In this document: positions 48,860 through 61,095 of the stretch, in pieces
How the letters are laid out: every line of letters begins with the position of its first letter
How positions within the stretch are numbered: the stretch's first letter is position 1
Assembly (NCBI GenBank): GCA_008632985.1
Contig: QPGO01000067.1
Span: 196,142-260,141, forward strand
DNA length: 64,000 nucleotides
Direction of reading: 5' to 3'
Source: Psammoneis japonica
Lineage: Eukaryota
Position numbers and translations under genes: made by a program
The notes under the pieces: model-generated
Told to the model about the DNA's origin: nothing
The model's input: the letters and a program-made list of their open reading frames with translations, nothing else
Databases searched by the model: none

Positions 48860-51800
48860 GTTTGACAGAACTTGATGCTCCCAATCACGCCCCAGCAGAA
48901 AGACTCGACCATGACATTTTGCAGTTTTCCCCACCAGCTGCCAAGAAATGCCACATCCATCATGAACCTGATTGGTCCATTGAACTTGCCGATCTGAGAT
49001 GCTGGGTGCACATCTTTCAAAGAACTGGGCAACAACAAGATTCATCATCTCTGCATCACGCACACACACAAAGCAGACTTCCAACCAATCTTGAGTGTCA
49101 AGTGCTGGTGTGCCTCAGCTCAAAAAATGGAGAAATGTTGGTCATGTAATCCAGGCATCTATGGTGCTCATCCCTTCACAAATGCCAACACTCCCATTTG
49201 TCTCACAAAGAAATGATGCCAGAAATCAGCAGAGCTTCTGGTGAGACCGCGCCATCCACAGCAACAATGGCTGCACCTCTTGTTGCAACCACAACATTCC
49301 CTCTTTAGTTGCAATTGAAAGCTGCAGGGCAGCAATGGCGTGCCAAAGGAAGTTGCTCAAGTTGCTAACTCCATGATTCACGAGGCTTGTCATTGGCTGC
49401 CAAACACTCGCTTCATGACAAAAGAGCTGTTGGAGGTCCAAAGGATGGTGATGCACACTGTGCTCACAAAGTGTGGACACAATCGCAACACAAAATGCAA
49501 CATTTCATTTTGTTCATGCTCATTGGGAGGCAGGGGTTTCAGGTCTTTGGATGTGGAATGGGAGTGGCACAGACTGCACAGTTTCTTCAACACTGGCAAG
49601 ACTCTGGGCAACCACAAGCATTGTCTCAGATCACGGTCGCATGGACTCAATTTCAACTTGGCACAGAAGTCAGCTTCCTTCAAGATGTTGACACCAAATT
49701 GCCTCATTCCGAATCTCATTGGTCCATGTCTCTTCATTCCTTTTTGGTCAGGATCAAGGTGCACGTTGCCTTTGACAACACTGGCATGTTGCCTTCACAT
49801 CGGGGCAATGATGGACACATCATGGATGTGGTGCTGAGAGTCGTGCGCATCCACTGATCAGGAGATCTGGTGGGCAAATCATTGTTGATTGCATTTGAAC
49901 ATTTTGACATTGTCAGATGTTGCTTCACCGGATGGCACGTCTGTCAACAAATTTAAAGTCAATGGTGGACACTCTCTTCTCAGCAGCTGGCCAACTTTGA
50001 ATCTCATCGAAAACAATCCCACCCGTCTGCCAGGGCCTGGAAACACTGGCACGATGCATGTTCCCTTTTCTGCAAGGATGACTCATTGGAATTGAGCCAT
50101 CCATCAGGTCAGTGGGCAGGGCCGGCCACCGAGATGTGGGTGTCTCATGCAGCACACCACGAGCCATCGGAGGACTGCTTGTGCATTTGCACAGATTCTG
50201 GTTTTCAGACATTCCCAGTGATTGACAGATGCGCTGCTGTCAGTGGCTGCTTTGGAGACAGTCCCAGACATGTCCCCTGCAGCATCCCTGGTGTCAGCAA
50301 ATGCCACCCACACTGGCCATTGGCAGATGACTTCCTTGGGTGCACCGGTTCCCCCACCGTCCACCACTCCGGTTCCCAACAACTTCATGGCAATGTTGCA
50401 ATTGCTTCCTGGATGGGAGTCCTTGCTGTTCAAAGAGTTGGCTTTGCACCTGTCCATGTTCAACATTGCAGACCTGCTGGTCCATCATTGGGCTTTAGCA
50501 GGCACTGTTGGATTGGTTCTTCACTTTCAGGGTGCACTCGGTTGGACACTCACAGTTGACAGGACTCCAGTGGTGGATTGTGCTGGCCAGGTTTTCGGTT
50601 TTCATCTGTCATCCCATCATGCTGAAGTGCATGAATTGTTGTCTTTCCTCCATTTCCTGCTTTGATTGATGCAACATTGTTGCAGAACATTTGCCAAAGG
50701 TGCGGACCTGCACTGTGACAATTCTTCCTCACTTGTCCACCACAGTGTTTCCAATTTTTAGTCATCCCCCAGTCCGGCAGACGATGAGGCCATTCAAGGT
50801 GCCAGGGACTGTCATTGTTGACATCACACTGCAAACACTTTTTCCACAGATTGGGACATCTTGCATGAGACATTTCACTCCATGAGACAAATCTTCGAAA
50901 TGTCTCATGACGAGCACACTGGTGCCAAAGTTTCTGTCCACTGGGTCAAGGGACACCAAGATGACACACCACCCACAGAATCCTTGTCCCTGGCAGCTCA
51001 GTTAAATGTTCAAGCTGACAGATTGGCAGGACAATGCCAGGGCAATTTCTCTGGTGACACCCTTTTCGTGCCTCTCATGCCCCACTGCAGTGCCAATCTG
51101 ATTGTGCAGGGCACAGCCATCTCGGCCAAGTGCAAGCCAGTCATCCAACATGATGCATCCAGCCCAGCTCTGGCCAGTTGCATGAGGGAGAAGTGTGGTT
51201 GGTCCAACAAAGTCTGCAAATCGATTGACTGGGACATGCATGCCAAATTGATGTCTCAAAACATCCGCAGGAAAGTCAACACCATCAAGCTGGTGCAGGA
51301 CCTTCTCTCGACAAACAAAATTGTCCACCAACACAGCCCCACCCATCCAGATTGTTGCACACACTGTCAAGATCCAATGGAAGACAGAGACCACATTCTG
51401 CACTGCCCACACAATGAAGCTTGGCACCAAAAATTTTTACAGGGTCCACGCAAGAAGTGTGGTGACATTCATGCATCCCCTTCCTTGCATGATTTGCTTG
51501 TTTCAGCTGTGGAGTCATGGTTCCAAGAGGAGCCACTTCATTCTGATGACCTTCACCACAGCGTGGTGTCTGTGTTCCTGTCTCAGGAGCAAATTGGATG
51601 GCGTCTGTTGTCAAATGGACGGTTGACTTCTTCTCCAAATTGTGGAATGCGACAGAAACTTCGCATCTTTTGTCAAGCAGCACTTGTCAGACGCTCTCCC
51701 CACAAGAGAAAAGATTAGACTGGGCGGCTGCCATTGGCAACTGTGTTTGGGAGCAGTGGTGAGAGTTGTGGGACAAACACAATGGCGCAGTTCATGGGCA

Positions 51801-52430
51801 CGATGTGGAAACAAGGAAGTCCTCTCAGCATCGTGATGCCGAGGCAGAAGTGAAAGCTGTTTTTGTTCACGATCAGATGATTGCTTGGCAAGAGACAAGA
51901 TGCATCTGTTGGATTTGGTCAAAGAACACTTGACACATTTGACACATCATCTCCGCAATTGGCTGGCCATGGTCAAGCCAGTGTTCAAATCGAGCATCTC
52001 AGAGAAGCAAAACGGTTTGCTGCCAGAGGTGCGAGAACCATTGCAGGTCATTTCGGTGCAGCATTGCCCTCGGGTGACTCCAACTCTGGCCAATCACCAC
52101 ATGCTCCTGCTGCATCATCAGTGCGCTGGGGGTGTGGGTTGGCTTGTTGCCGGAGCTTCAGGGTGGAAGCGGCGCAGCAGCACTTCAAATGCAGATTTTT
52201 GGTTTTGTTTTGTTTTGATCCAACAACCATGAACCCGCTTGTCCATGAAGACACGGTGCATGTGTTTGGTGATGAATGCACTCCTGATGGAGGACATGAT
52301 GGGATTTTATGCCACAGGTTGCCGGGAGCTTGATGACAGATGGGTTGAGAAGGTTGATCCAGGAGCACCTTGCTTGAGCGAGCACGTTCTGCACACATCT
52401 GCAGCAGAAAGCCATGAACTTCAACTTCGA
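48860..52430 (+). mobile_element. Hypermutated non-LTR retrotransposon (LINE) relic with RNase H and CCHC zinc knuckle; TpA-depleted block C
   Basis: SLGGRGFRSL (post-RT), HWVKGHQD..LSLAAQLNVQADRLA (RNase H), IDW, CTHCQDPMEDRDHILHCPH, QEQIGW...NGRL. About 11 TA in ~3570 bp. No Tyr in the 285-aa ORF 50861-51718. Confidence 0.85.
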
Positions 52431-52711
52431 TGACGTAATTACACACCAGTAGAAATCTACGTCTGTAACATATGACTACTGTACTGTAGTTATATACCTA
52501 CAGCCAGCATCCTTCGATACACTACCTAAAATAGTTCGGATTTGTGGGGATTCCAGAACGGCAAGTGCTTGCATACGGCACGGGTCGGTCGGAGGTCGGC
52601 ACTTTGAACTTACTACTCTCACAGATGATGATAATAAAGTTGTTCGATGTTCAAGCACAACATCATTTTTTTAGTTGAGCAATCCTATCGGCACTTACAC
52701 AGACACACACA

Positions 52712-54457
52712 ATGACAACGAGTACGGTACGTTTCGTATTGGCCTTCTCCCTATTGAGCCAAGTCATGTCACAAAGAACACTTGGGTCCACAACTGACTC
52801 GCTAGTTTCAGATTTGGCGGAGTTTTGCGACGAGCAAGAAAAGGCCGCAATGGAAACTGAAATCTCAGTGTCTGACTCTACAATGCGCTTCAACAACAAG
52901 TGCATGTGCGGGTTTTTAAAGACTCCGCATGTAGTATTGCCAGAGTCGGCTGCTGCGAAAACCGCCCTCGTCGGAGACAACGGCATTGTAGCTGCAATGA
53001 CATTCTGCTTGAATGGCTTTGCCAGTGTCGCTGATGGGGAATCGTATCCATGTAAAAACGTTGATCTTTTGGCTCATATGAGTAACCAGCGAGTCAACGG
53101 AGCTGTCGAACCCAACGGTATCATGAATGACCTTTGGGGTTGGACGGACGAAGTAACAGGACGTGAGTATGCACTTGTCGGCACCTTGTCAGGAACTGTC
53201 TTTGTCGACGTTACGACTCCGGAGACCCCCATAAGTTTAGGCAAGCTTGTCTCTCATGAAAATGTTACAACACTGTGGCGAGACATCAAGACTTACGGGA
53301 ACTACGCCTATGTCGTTGCCGAGACAGACAATCATGGGATGCAAGTCTTTGACCTAACGAGACTTCGGGGACTTTCTGAAGATCCCGACCTCATATTTGA
53401 AGCCGATCTTCACTACGCTGGTTTTGGAAACGCGCATAACATTGCCATCAACGAACAATCTGGCTTTGCATACGCGGTCGGTACAAGAGCTTGTGCAGGA
53501 GGAGGAATGCACATTATGAATATCACAGACCCACTATCACCAAGTTTTGTAGGATGCTTCAGCCAAGGATATGTTCACGATGTGCAGTGCGTGATCTACT
53601 CCGGAGTTGACTCGCAACATAATGGTAAAGAGATTTGCTTTGCTTCCATGGCCAATCAAGTTAAGATTGTGGACGTAACAGACAAGAGCAACATGATTGT
53701 TCTATCCTCAACCTCATATGAAGATAGCAACAAAACGTACACGCATCAAGGTGAGTTGTGTCACGTACTACGGTCTCTGTCCTCTTTTGAATCCCTCTCT
53801 CGCTTCTGTTGGCATCATTCGTAACCAGGTTGGCTCACCCTGGACCAAAGGTACTTTGTTTTCGGAGACGAGACGGATGAGATAGAGCTTAAAGTCCGAA
53901 CTAGAACGCATGTGCTCAATGTTCAGAACCTGTCTGATCCTGTCATGGCGGACAGGTATGATGCGCGGACTGACGCCATTGATCACAACCAGTACATCAA
54001 CGGCAATTTCGTTTACCAAGCAAACTACCGAGCTGGTCTCCGGATTCTCGAAATGACCGGTGCCAGTTTAAACGAGGTGGGATACTTTGATATCTGGCCC
54101 ACGGACGATGCGGCTACATTTAATGGTGCGTGGTCGACGTATCCGTTCTTTTCTTCTGGGATTGTTATTGTCAGTGGGATCGAGCAAGGGCTTTTTGTCC
54201 TCAAGCCGACAGTTGGCCCGCAAAATCCTCCTCCCTCGGGACCCAACTGTTCTGGCATTACGGGAGCATCCGAATGCGGCAGTCAAAACGGAAAGTGCAT
54301 TTGGAAGCGGATATGGTGTCAAAACACAGACTCGAGTGATCTCTCAACCGTGCCATGCGAAGAGCTCATGCATATGCAAGCTTGCGACAGTCAATGGCTA
54401 AGGTGTCAGGGAGAATATTCGCTTGGTGAATTCTCCTGTTTCACTAAATCGCCCTAA
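52712..54457 (+). CDS. Secreted choice-of-anchor B protein, paralog 2 (close duplicate of 40585-42342)
   Basis: Same motifs and long identical nucleotide tracts. Intron 53751-53828 at the same position. Upstream and downstream flanks are also homologous. Confidence 0.9.
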
Positions 54458-54699
54458 GTGAAGATAGTTCAGAGCGTTGTCACGCCACTCCCAACGTGGG
54501 AGTTTTAATGGTAATATAACACCGATATATGGTTACGATAGTCCTCTACTGTAGCTAGAGCAGCGATGCGAGTCGTCAAATAATAATGAACGGGTAGTAG
54601 GGCCACATGCGACAACCCCCTTCCCGAAATTCTGTTAGCCATGTGGACAAATCGAAATTGCCGTGTGCCAATCAATCTTTCGACCACCGCCAAAACACT

Positions 54700-55690
54700 G
54701 TTTTCGTTCCTTTTCAAGAAGTGAAGATAAAGATCTTGGGTGGCATTGCAGCATCTGATCCTCATTGTGGCTCTCATCAACATGCCCAAACTTCGGGCCC
54801 TTCGACACAATGGGACAAAAAAAACAGTCACATTCTTGGTGTGAAAAGATGTTGCAACAGAGAGTGTATCAAATCACTGGAACAGTGGGCTCACAAATCA
54901 TCCCCGGCAACAGGATGAAGTGTTGCCTGCTCGTCAAGAGTGACAAAGTGCAAAAGAAGGTGCTCGCTGAAGTTGGTTTTGGGACAAAAACACTGCTCAC
55001 AGTGTGTGAAAGAGCCCAGGTGCAGAAAAGGATCATGATCCAACCTGCCACAGAAATCAGCACAGCACCTCCAATTAATGCTGTGAACCAGATGGGCCAA
55101 CCACCTGGGTTCCAAAAGAGCTCTCAGGCCTGACTTCCTTTGCAGCGCTGTTGCAGAAAATGAAAGCAAAAGCAGCTTCACAAAGAGGGGTGTGTTGGAG
55201 CATTCATTTTCTCTCTGCCCCAGAAGGTGGCAGATTGCCAAGTTGCTTCCAATGTGGAGCCGCATTCCATGGGCTGCTGCCACTTTGCTGGAAGAAGCCC
55301 CCCCACGCGACAAATCCTGTGTGCTTCTCAGCTCTCACACACACCACCAGATGATTTTGTTCTGCCAACAACACCTTTGCTGGAGTCGATTGCTCACCTG
55401 TCAGTCTAACAGATGTGGTGGATACCTTGACTGACACGGAAGAAGAGCACCACTGAATCTCAGTGCTCGGCACAAACAAGGGCAGCCATTTCGGGGCTTG
55501 GGCCTGCCCCGAGGAGTTGCCTCCTTCTTCCATTGTGACCCTGGAACCTTTTCATCAACACATGGATAAATCCCCACAACCCTCCACAGCTCTGGTCTTC
55601 GGAGGGCAGGGTTTTCTAGGATCCTTGTCGATGGGGCAATGGGTGCAAGGCAACAAGGCCATTCAAATTGGCTTGCGGCACGCTTCTGCT
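54700..55690. other. TpA-depleted block D (less complete); left end homologous to the start of block B
   Basis: About 6-7 TA per kb, CA/TG-rich. 54560-54800 aligns with 42460-42780. Confidence 0.7.
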
Positions 55691-55877
55691 TCATCAGAGT
55701 AGTGCAGCGCAGCCAGTGCAGCGCACGCAGTTAGACTTAGAGGATGGTCTGCTGTCGTCAGATGATAATGAACCTCCATCCATGTAGATGTCGCAATGAC
55801 GTTTGTTTTGCCGCCACTATTTTGGAATTTTCGTGCACGCTTCTTTCATTTTTTTTCATTCCGTTTCTAAAACAACT

Positions 55878-57622
55878 ATGGCATTGAAAACTCTGCGTTT
55901 CGTAATTGTGTGCTCGTTACTCATGGGCAAGAAGCTTTCGTTAAGTTTGAGTATTGCGTCTATCGTAGAGCAGCAGATGACTGAATACAGCAAATATTGC
56001 AATGATCAAGACACAAAACAAAAGAAAAATGCAGCGACAGTCGCGGATTCAAATGAGCGCGTCAACAACAAATGCATGTGTGGGTTTGTAAAGACCCCGC
56101 ATATAGTTGAGTCATCGTTCTCCATCCTTCGCACCGATAGTTCGAACGGCGCACCACTTGCACCTTGCGTGGGTGGTTTTGCTGGTCCTTTTCCTTGTTC
56201 GAATGTCGATCTCCTCGCATACATGAGTGTTCCGCAAGTGAATGGGGGTGAAAACGGGACATTGAACGATGTCTGGGGCTGGGAAGACCCTCAAACAGGA
56301 CGCGAGTATGCACTTGTTGGTACAGTGTCAGGCACGAGCTTTGTAGACATTACACACCCACACGATCCCAAGATTTTGGGCAAGCTTCCGACAAACATGA
56401 ATCAAACGTCGTATTGGCGCGACATCAAGACTTACAATGATCATGCCTTTATCGTTGCCGAGTCGCCTACACATGGAATGCAGGTATTTGATCTTACGAA
56501 ATTAAGGGGATTGCATACTTCTACCGACCTTCCAATTGCTTTTGAAGCGGATGTAATCTACAATGACTTTGGGAGTTGTCACAATCTCGCGATTAATGAA
56601 GAGACTGGTTTTGCATATGCCGTGGGAACTGATACTTGTTCAGGAGGACTGCACATGATTGATATTATGGATCCGCAGTCGCCGCAGTTTGCTGGATGTT
56701 TTGGTGATGATGGATACACACACGATGTTCATTGTGTGACGTACAACGGCAGCGCCGCCATCTATGTTGGTCGTGAAATTTGTTTTGCATCAAATACAGA
56801 CAGTGTTACCATCGTTGATGTTTCAGAGAAGGCCAATCCTGTTATGGTATCCAGAACGACATACACAGGCAGTAGCGAAACCTATACGCATCAAGGTTTC
56901 GCTACGGATGATCACAACTATTTCGTATTCGGAGATGAAGCAGATGAAGAGAAGCTTGGTGTTCCAACGACAACACTTGTACTCAATGTCATGGACTTGG
57001 ATAGTCCGTTCATGGCAGGTTCACATGTTGCATCAACTCGTGCTACGGATCACAACCAATACATTAAGGGAAACCTTATATACCAAGCAAACTATCGCGC
57101 TGGTCTCCGGATTTTAACATGACCGACATTTCTCAAGGCAGCTTGGAGGAGCTGGGATACTTCGACATCGTTCCCGAAGATGATGATGTTATGTTCAATG
57201 GAGCTTGGTCTACTTATCCTTACTTCAACTCTGGCACCGTCATTGTAAGTGGGATTGAGCAAGGGCTATTCATTCTTCGACCTACTGGGATCTTAGATGC
57301 TCGGACACAGACACCAACACCAGCACCGTCAACAACGCCGACCTTGTCCCCGACTTCTCTTTCAGCCGCTCCAACAAACATTCCCACGTTATCGCAAACG
57401 TCTCCTCCGACAAACTCTCAGTTTTCTCAACCTATAATTACCGACACGCCCTCCACTTCACCCACCGCTACAACTCAAAGACCCTCGACTGGTACATCAT
57501 CTGCATTTGGTCCTATAGGGTGTCCACTGTTCACCGATTATCCGTACGTCTGCGGCTTCGTTTCAAGGTGTCAATGGGACAGCGATTCCGGCACTTGCGG
57601 ACCTAAGCCATTTGGAAACTAA
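55878..57622 (+). CDS. Secreted choice-of-anchor B protein, paralog 3, with Thr/Pro/Ser-rich linker and Cys-rich tail
   Basis: FPCSNVDLL, NDVWGWEDP.TGREYALVG, YWRDIK, DGYTHDVHCV, YTHQG, ATDHNQY, GAWSTYPYF.SG. No intron at the HQG site; 1-bp slip at ~57117. Confidence 0.88.
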
Positions 57623-57965
57623 AGAACGATCCGGGGCGGGCGCGTTGTGCTTACACTAGATAGAATAATTCAAATTGCTAGGATTCATCAATAGACTAAA
57701 AAAAAAACTGGAACGTTCGTTGACTTTCCAACCTAGGTACCTATATGGTTTGAAGGAATACCGTATCCTGGCCTTTGAAAAGTACTCGCTGGTTACGCTT
57801 CATCGCCTGCGTAGACATGCAACGACGATGACGTGTAGAGGCCCGTCCAAGTAATGTAAGGCGCCAACGGTTCCACTTAGCGTCACTTACTTCTACATAT
57901 CCCAATTCTTCGATCGCAATTTCCAACCAACACACAATGTCAGTGATCAAAACGATCCGCAAAGT

Positions 57966-59119
57966 CTAGTCCATGGACGGGCGTTGCCACACCTTTTCCA
58001 CAGTTGCCTCTTGATAATGTGTATCTATCCAATCTTCTTCATAGCCCAGCCGGTTCATCAAGTCTTTCATAACATCATCAACCTTTGCCCGAATCACCAG
58101 AGCGGCACCATCATCATACGGTGTTTGTTGTAGGTTTACAATGACAAATTTCTTGGCCATGGTGGGTAGCTCGTCTGCGGGCTTCATGCGCAGGGATGTC
58201 CCCAAACAGAGCACCAGATCTGATGCCTCGCATTCTTCTAGTGCTTTCGAATAGTCGTATTCAGGCAATTCATCTTCCCAGTCCAGTAAAGTGTCACGCA
58301 AGTCCCCTGTTTGACAACCCTCTTCGCTGTGGTCACACTTTCGCCCCGTTTTCTGAAATGACATACCCTTGACATCAAAGTCACGAAAGTAATGCAGGTC
58401 ACAATCTTCGCAAACTTCGGTAAAGGCACAACCATGGAGTACCGAGTGCTTGGATCGTTTCATACCCGACCGACGGTGCAATCCATCAACATTTTGTGTA
58501 ATGCAATACTTGAGGATCCCATCCAAGGATAACCTAGAGAGCGCACAATGCGTATAGGTTGGTTGAGCTTCTGAAAAGTCTGCGAGCTTGTTGTTGTTGT
58601 TATTGCCTTCTTCTTTTTGCTCTTCCAGTGGACGTTTTTTCTCGTTCGTGTCGCTATCGACTCTAGCTTGTTTGGCTTGCACGCCGGGCTCCTCTTGTTG
58701 CTTAGCTTTTGTAGCGTCTGCGTTCGCCGTGTCTGCCATCTCGGACGAGTTGCTTGGCGCTAAAGCAGTTTTTCGCTTCTTCTGTTTCTTGTTCTTTTCT
58801 TCCAGGGTCCAAACTGCATCGACCAAAAACCGGATGATTTTGTAAGAATCATGATCAAGCAAACACAGAGTCAGGGCTTCAGAACCTAGACGCCGCAAAT
58901 ATACTCACCTCCTTTTGGTCCACGAAAGTCAGGTATCCCAGCACTTGTGCTAATCCCAGCACCCGTCAATACTACAAAATGCTTGGATTCCTTTACCATT
59001 TCATACAACTTTTTGAGTTTCAGATTGAGGGAGCGAGAACTCTTGTCAGCTACCTCCGGCAATCCACAAACTCCCTTGGCCTCGTAATCCGAGAGACGAC
59101 TGGCGTACCCTTCCGACAT
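57966..59119 (-). CDS. NAD-dependent deacetylase, sirtuin class IV (SIRT6/7, SRT1-like)
   Basis: [83 protein letters not shown]. Intron 58814-58908. Confidence 0.93.
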
Positions 59120-59308
59120 GTTGTTTGATGATGAGGAGACAACGGGGAAGGCAAGCAACGGTCAAATCGATAGACACAGAAGCAACAACAACAACAAGCA
59201 ACAACACAGCCCAACAACACAAGCAACGCAAGCAACCTCCTGCCTCCTCCGTCCGTCCGCCGCCGTCCCGACACTTTTTTCGTGCACTGTCGTGCTCCCC
59301 TGCACAAG

Positions 59309-59523
59309 AAGTCTGGAATATTGAACTGCGTAGAAACCGTCGTAGAATCAGTACCAGGGTGGTCAAAAAAGTCTGGAATATCCGATTTTGACAAAAAACA
59401 CGTAGAATCTGGTGTAGAGTCAGTACCAGGAATATCCAGAAAAACACGAAAAATCCCGCTATTCCAGACTTTATTGGCTTTTCTGGTACAAATTCTACGC
59501 AGGAATGATATTCCAGACTTTTT
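59309..59523. repeat. Palindromic element of direct and inverted motif repeats upstream of the sirtuin
   Basis: aagtctggaata at 59309 and 59369; its reverse complement near 59460 and 59509. Perfect 17-bp inverted pair 59366-59382 / 59507-59523. cgtagaat/attctacg and gtaccag/ctggtac are also mirrored. Confidence 0.75.
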
Positions 59524-59726
59524 GTATCGGGTAGCGTGCGCGCCGTAATTTTTCAACCCTTGCGTAGTACAATCACTGTAGAATCCTACGTACCCGTGCA
59601 TTCGAAGCTCCAAGAATAATCTCACTTCGCCGCACCGCTGAACTGCCGGTAAAGATTTCATGCTCGTGGCTGGTTAACGACAAGCCCATAACCCAATCTC
59701 ATTGTTGTCTGACTTCGAGCCAAAGT

Positions 59727-59843
59727 AAGCTAAATGGTTAGTGTAAATCGTTAAGTGTCATTTCCACTTCGACACAAAGAAAGCTAAATGGTTAGTGTAA
59801 ATCGTTAAGTGTCGTTTCCACTTCGACACAAAGAAAGCTAAAT
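59727..59843. repeat. 54-bp tandem duplication (2.2 copies)
   Basis: aagctaaatggttagtgtaaatcgttaagtgtc(a/g)tttccacttcgacacaaaga twice, then aagctaaat. Confidence 0.92.
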
Positions 59844-61095
59844 ACTTGACGGTGGTGGTCAGATTTCAAATTCTGAGCAATACAGAAATGTCAATGATGA
59901 ATAAGGATTTTTGATCGCTTCTGCCGTAAATGTCATTACGCCAATGCCACTCTAGTGAATACACAAATGAATTTGTATTCCATCCTTTTCCTGAACTTTG
60001 ATCTATCGGCATTTTCGATACGAGTATACGCGATGACAACAATAAGGCATGCTTGTATGTGTCATGGCCATAAGCTGTGAGGCGTACCGTCACATTTGGA
60101 TTGAACTCGGGGATCTTGATGTCGAAAGTAGCCATTTGTTTGACATTCGTGATTTTTCATCGCCCACAAACTGGGATTTCAACTGAGTCGAGTTGATGTT
60201 GGACGTGTTTCAAAGCACTGCGTTTGATGAAACAATTGAGGGCTCTGGAATTATGGCATTTTATGCCATGGAGACTTAAAACAGTAAATGGGTTGACAGT
60301 CAAGCAGTGATCGGGTTTGCCAACATTTCCAAAAATGTGACAAGCAACAAAAATTGCATCACTCAACAACCAACAACATCTCAAGAGACAGAAACAAGAA
60401 AAGTGACTCCTCTTTGCACTTGAATTAAAAGAGACAACAATGCACAACAAACATTTGAGAAGGACAAGAACAAGCTCTTGAATGCATGAAACAAGAAGAG
60501 AGTCAATGAAGCAATCACTCTTGTTTCGAACCTCTTGACCTGTTCTGTCCATGATGGTGGTTGGTTGAGAAAGGTTGGTGGTGGTTTTTTGTGTGACTTG
60601 CAGCTTGAGGCATGTTGATGCATGAACACATTGGTGTCACCTTTGAAATGTGCCACTTGTGGAGCTTGAGTGGACAGCTCTCTGTGCTCAAGCTTTGTCC
60701 ACCAAATGCTCCGTCAAAGTCCAGATGCTGCCCGCCCCCCATCCCACCCGACCATTGACACAAAACAGTTCTTGCAAAATGTTGTTGCCTGTTTCCCTCT
60801 TCCTCTGCAGAGCAGCTCTCTTGGTGACAGTGCTGCCCACATCCCAGAATGTGCTCAAGAATGCTTTCTAACTTGCCAGCCAAGACACCCAACTCGGGGC
60901 TGTGTGGGCTCAAATCTCTCTCAAGACAAGCTGACATTTGTGCCTGGCACTGGTGGCAATGCTGAGCCCTCCTTCCCATTTGACTTCCCAGGAGTGTGCC
61001 CAGACCTCCTGCATGCCAGGTGGCTCAACCACAAGAGTCGCCATCTTTGCCAGCTTTGTCAGCAGGATGTGCCAAGGCTGCTCTGGCCATGTGTG

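Noticed and set aside
48860..52430. Alternative genetic code or foreign (viral/contaminant) insert
   Set aside because: TA is missing in all codon positions and on both strands, and the contents are broken retroelements with frameshifts. This indicates mutation rather than codon reassignment.
55588..55630. Rossmann-like ALVFGGQGFLGSL motif in block D
   Set aside because: A single short motif in mutated sequence with no supporting downstream similarity; it could be chance.
36568..59119. Macrodomain + sirtuin as a linked ADP-ribosylation or defence module
   Set aside because: They are 20 kb apart with unrelated genes between them, and the sirtuin is an ordinary class IV SIRT6/7 type.
59727..59843. 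CRISPR-like array
   Set aside because: Only two adjacent 54-bp units with no spacers, no cas genes and a eukaryotic context.
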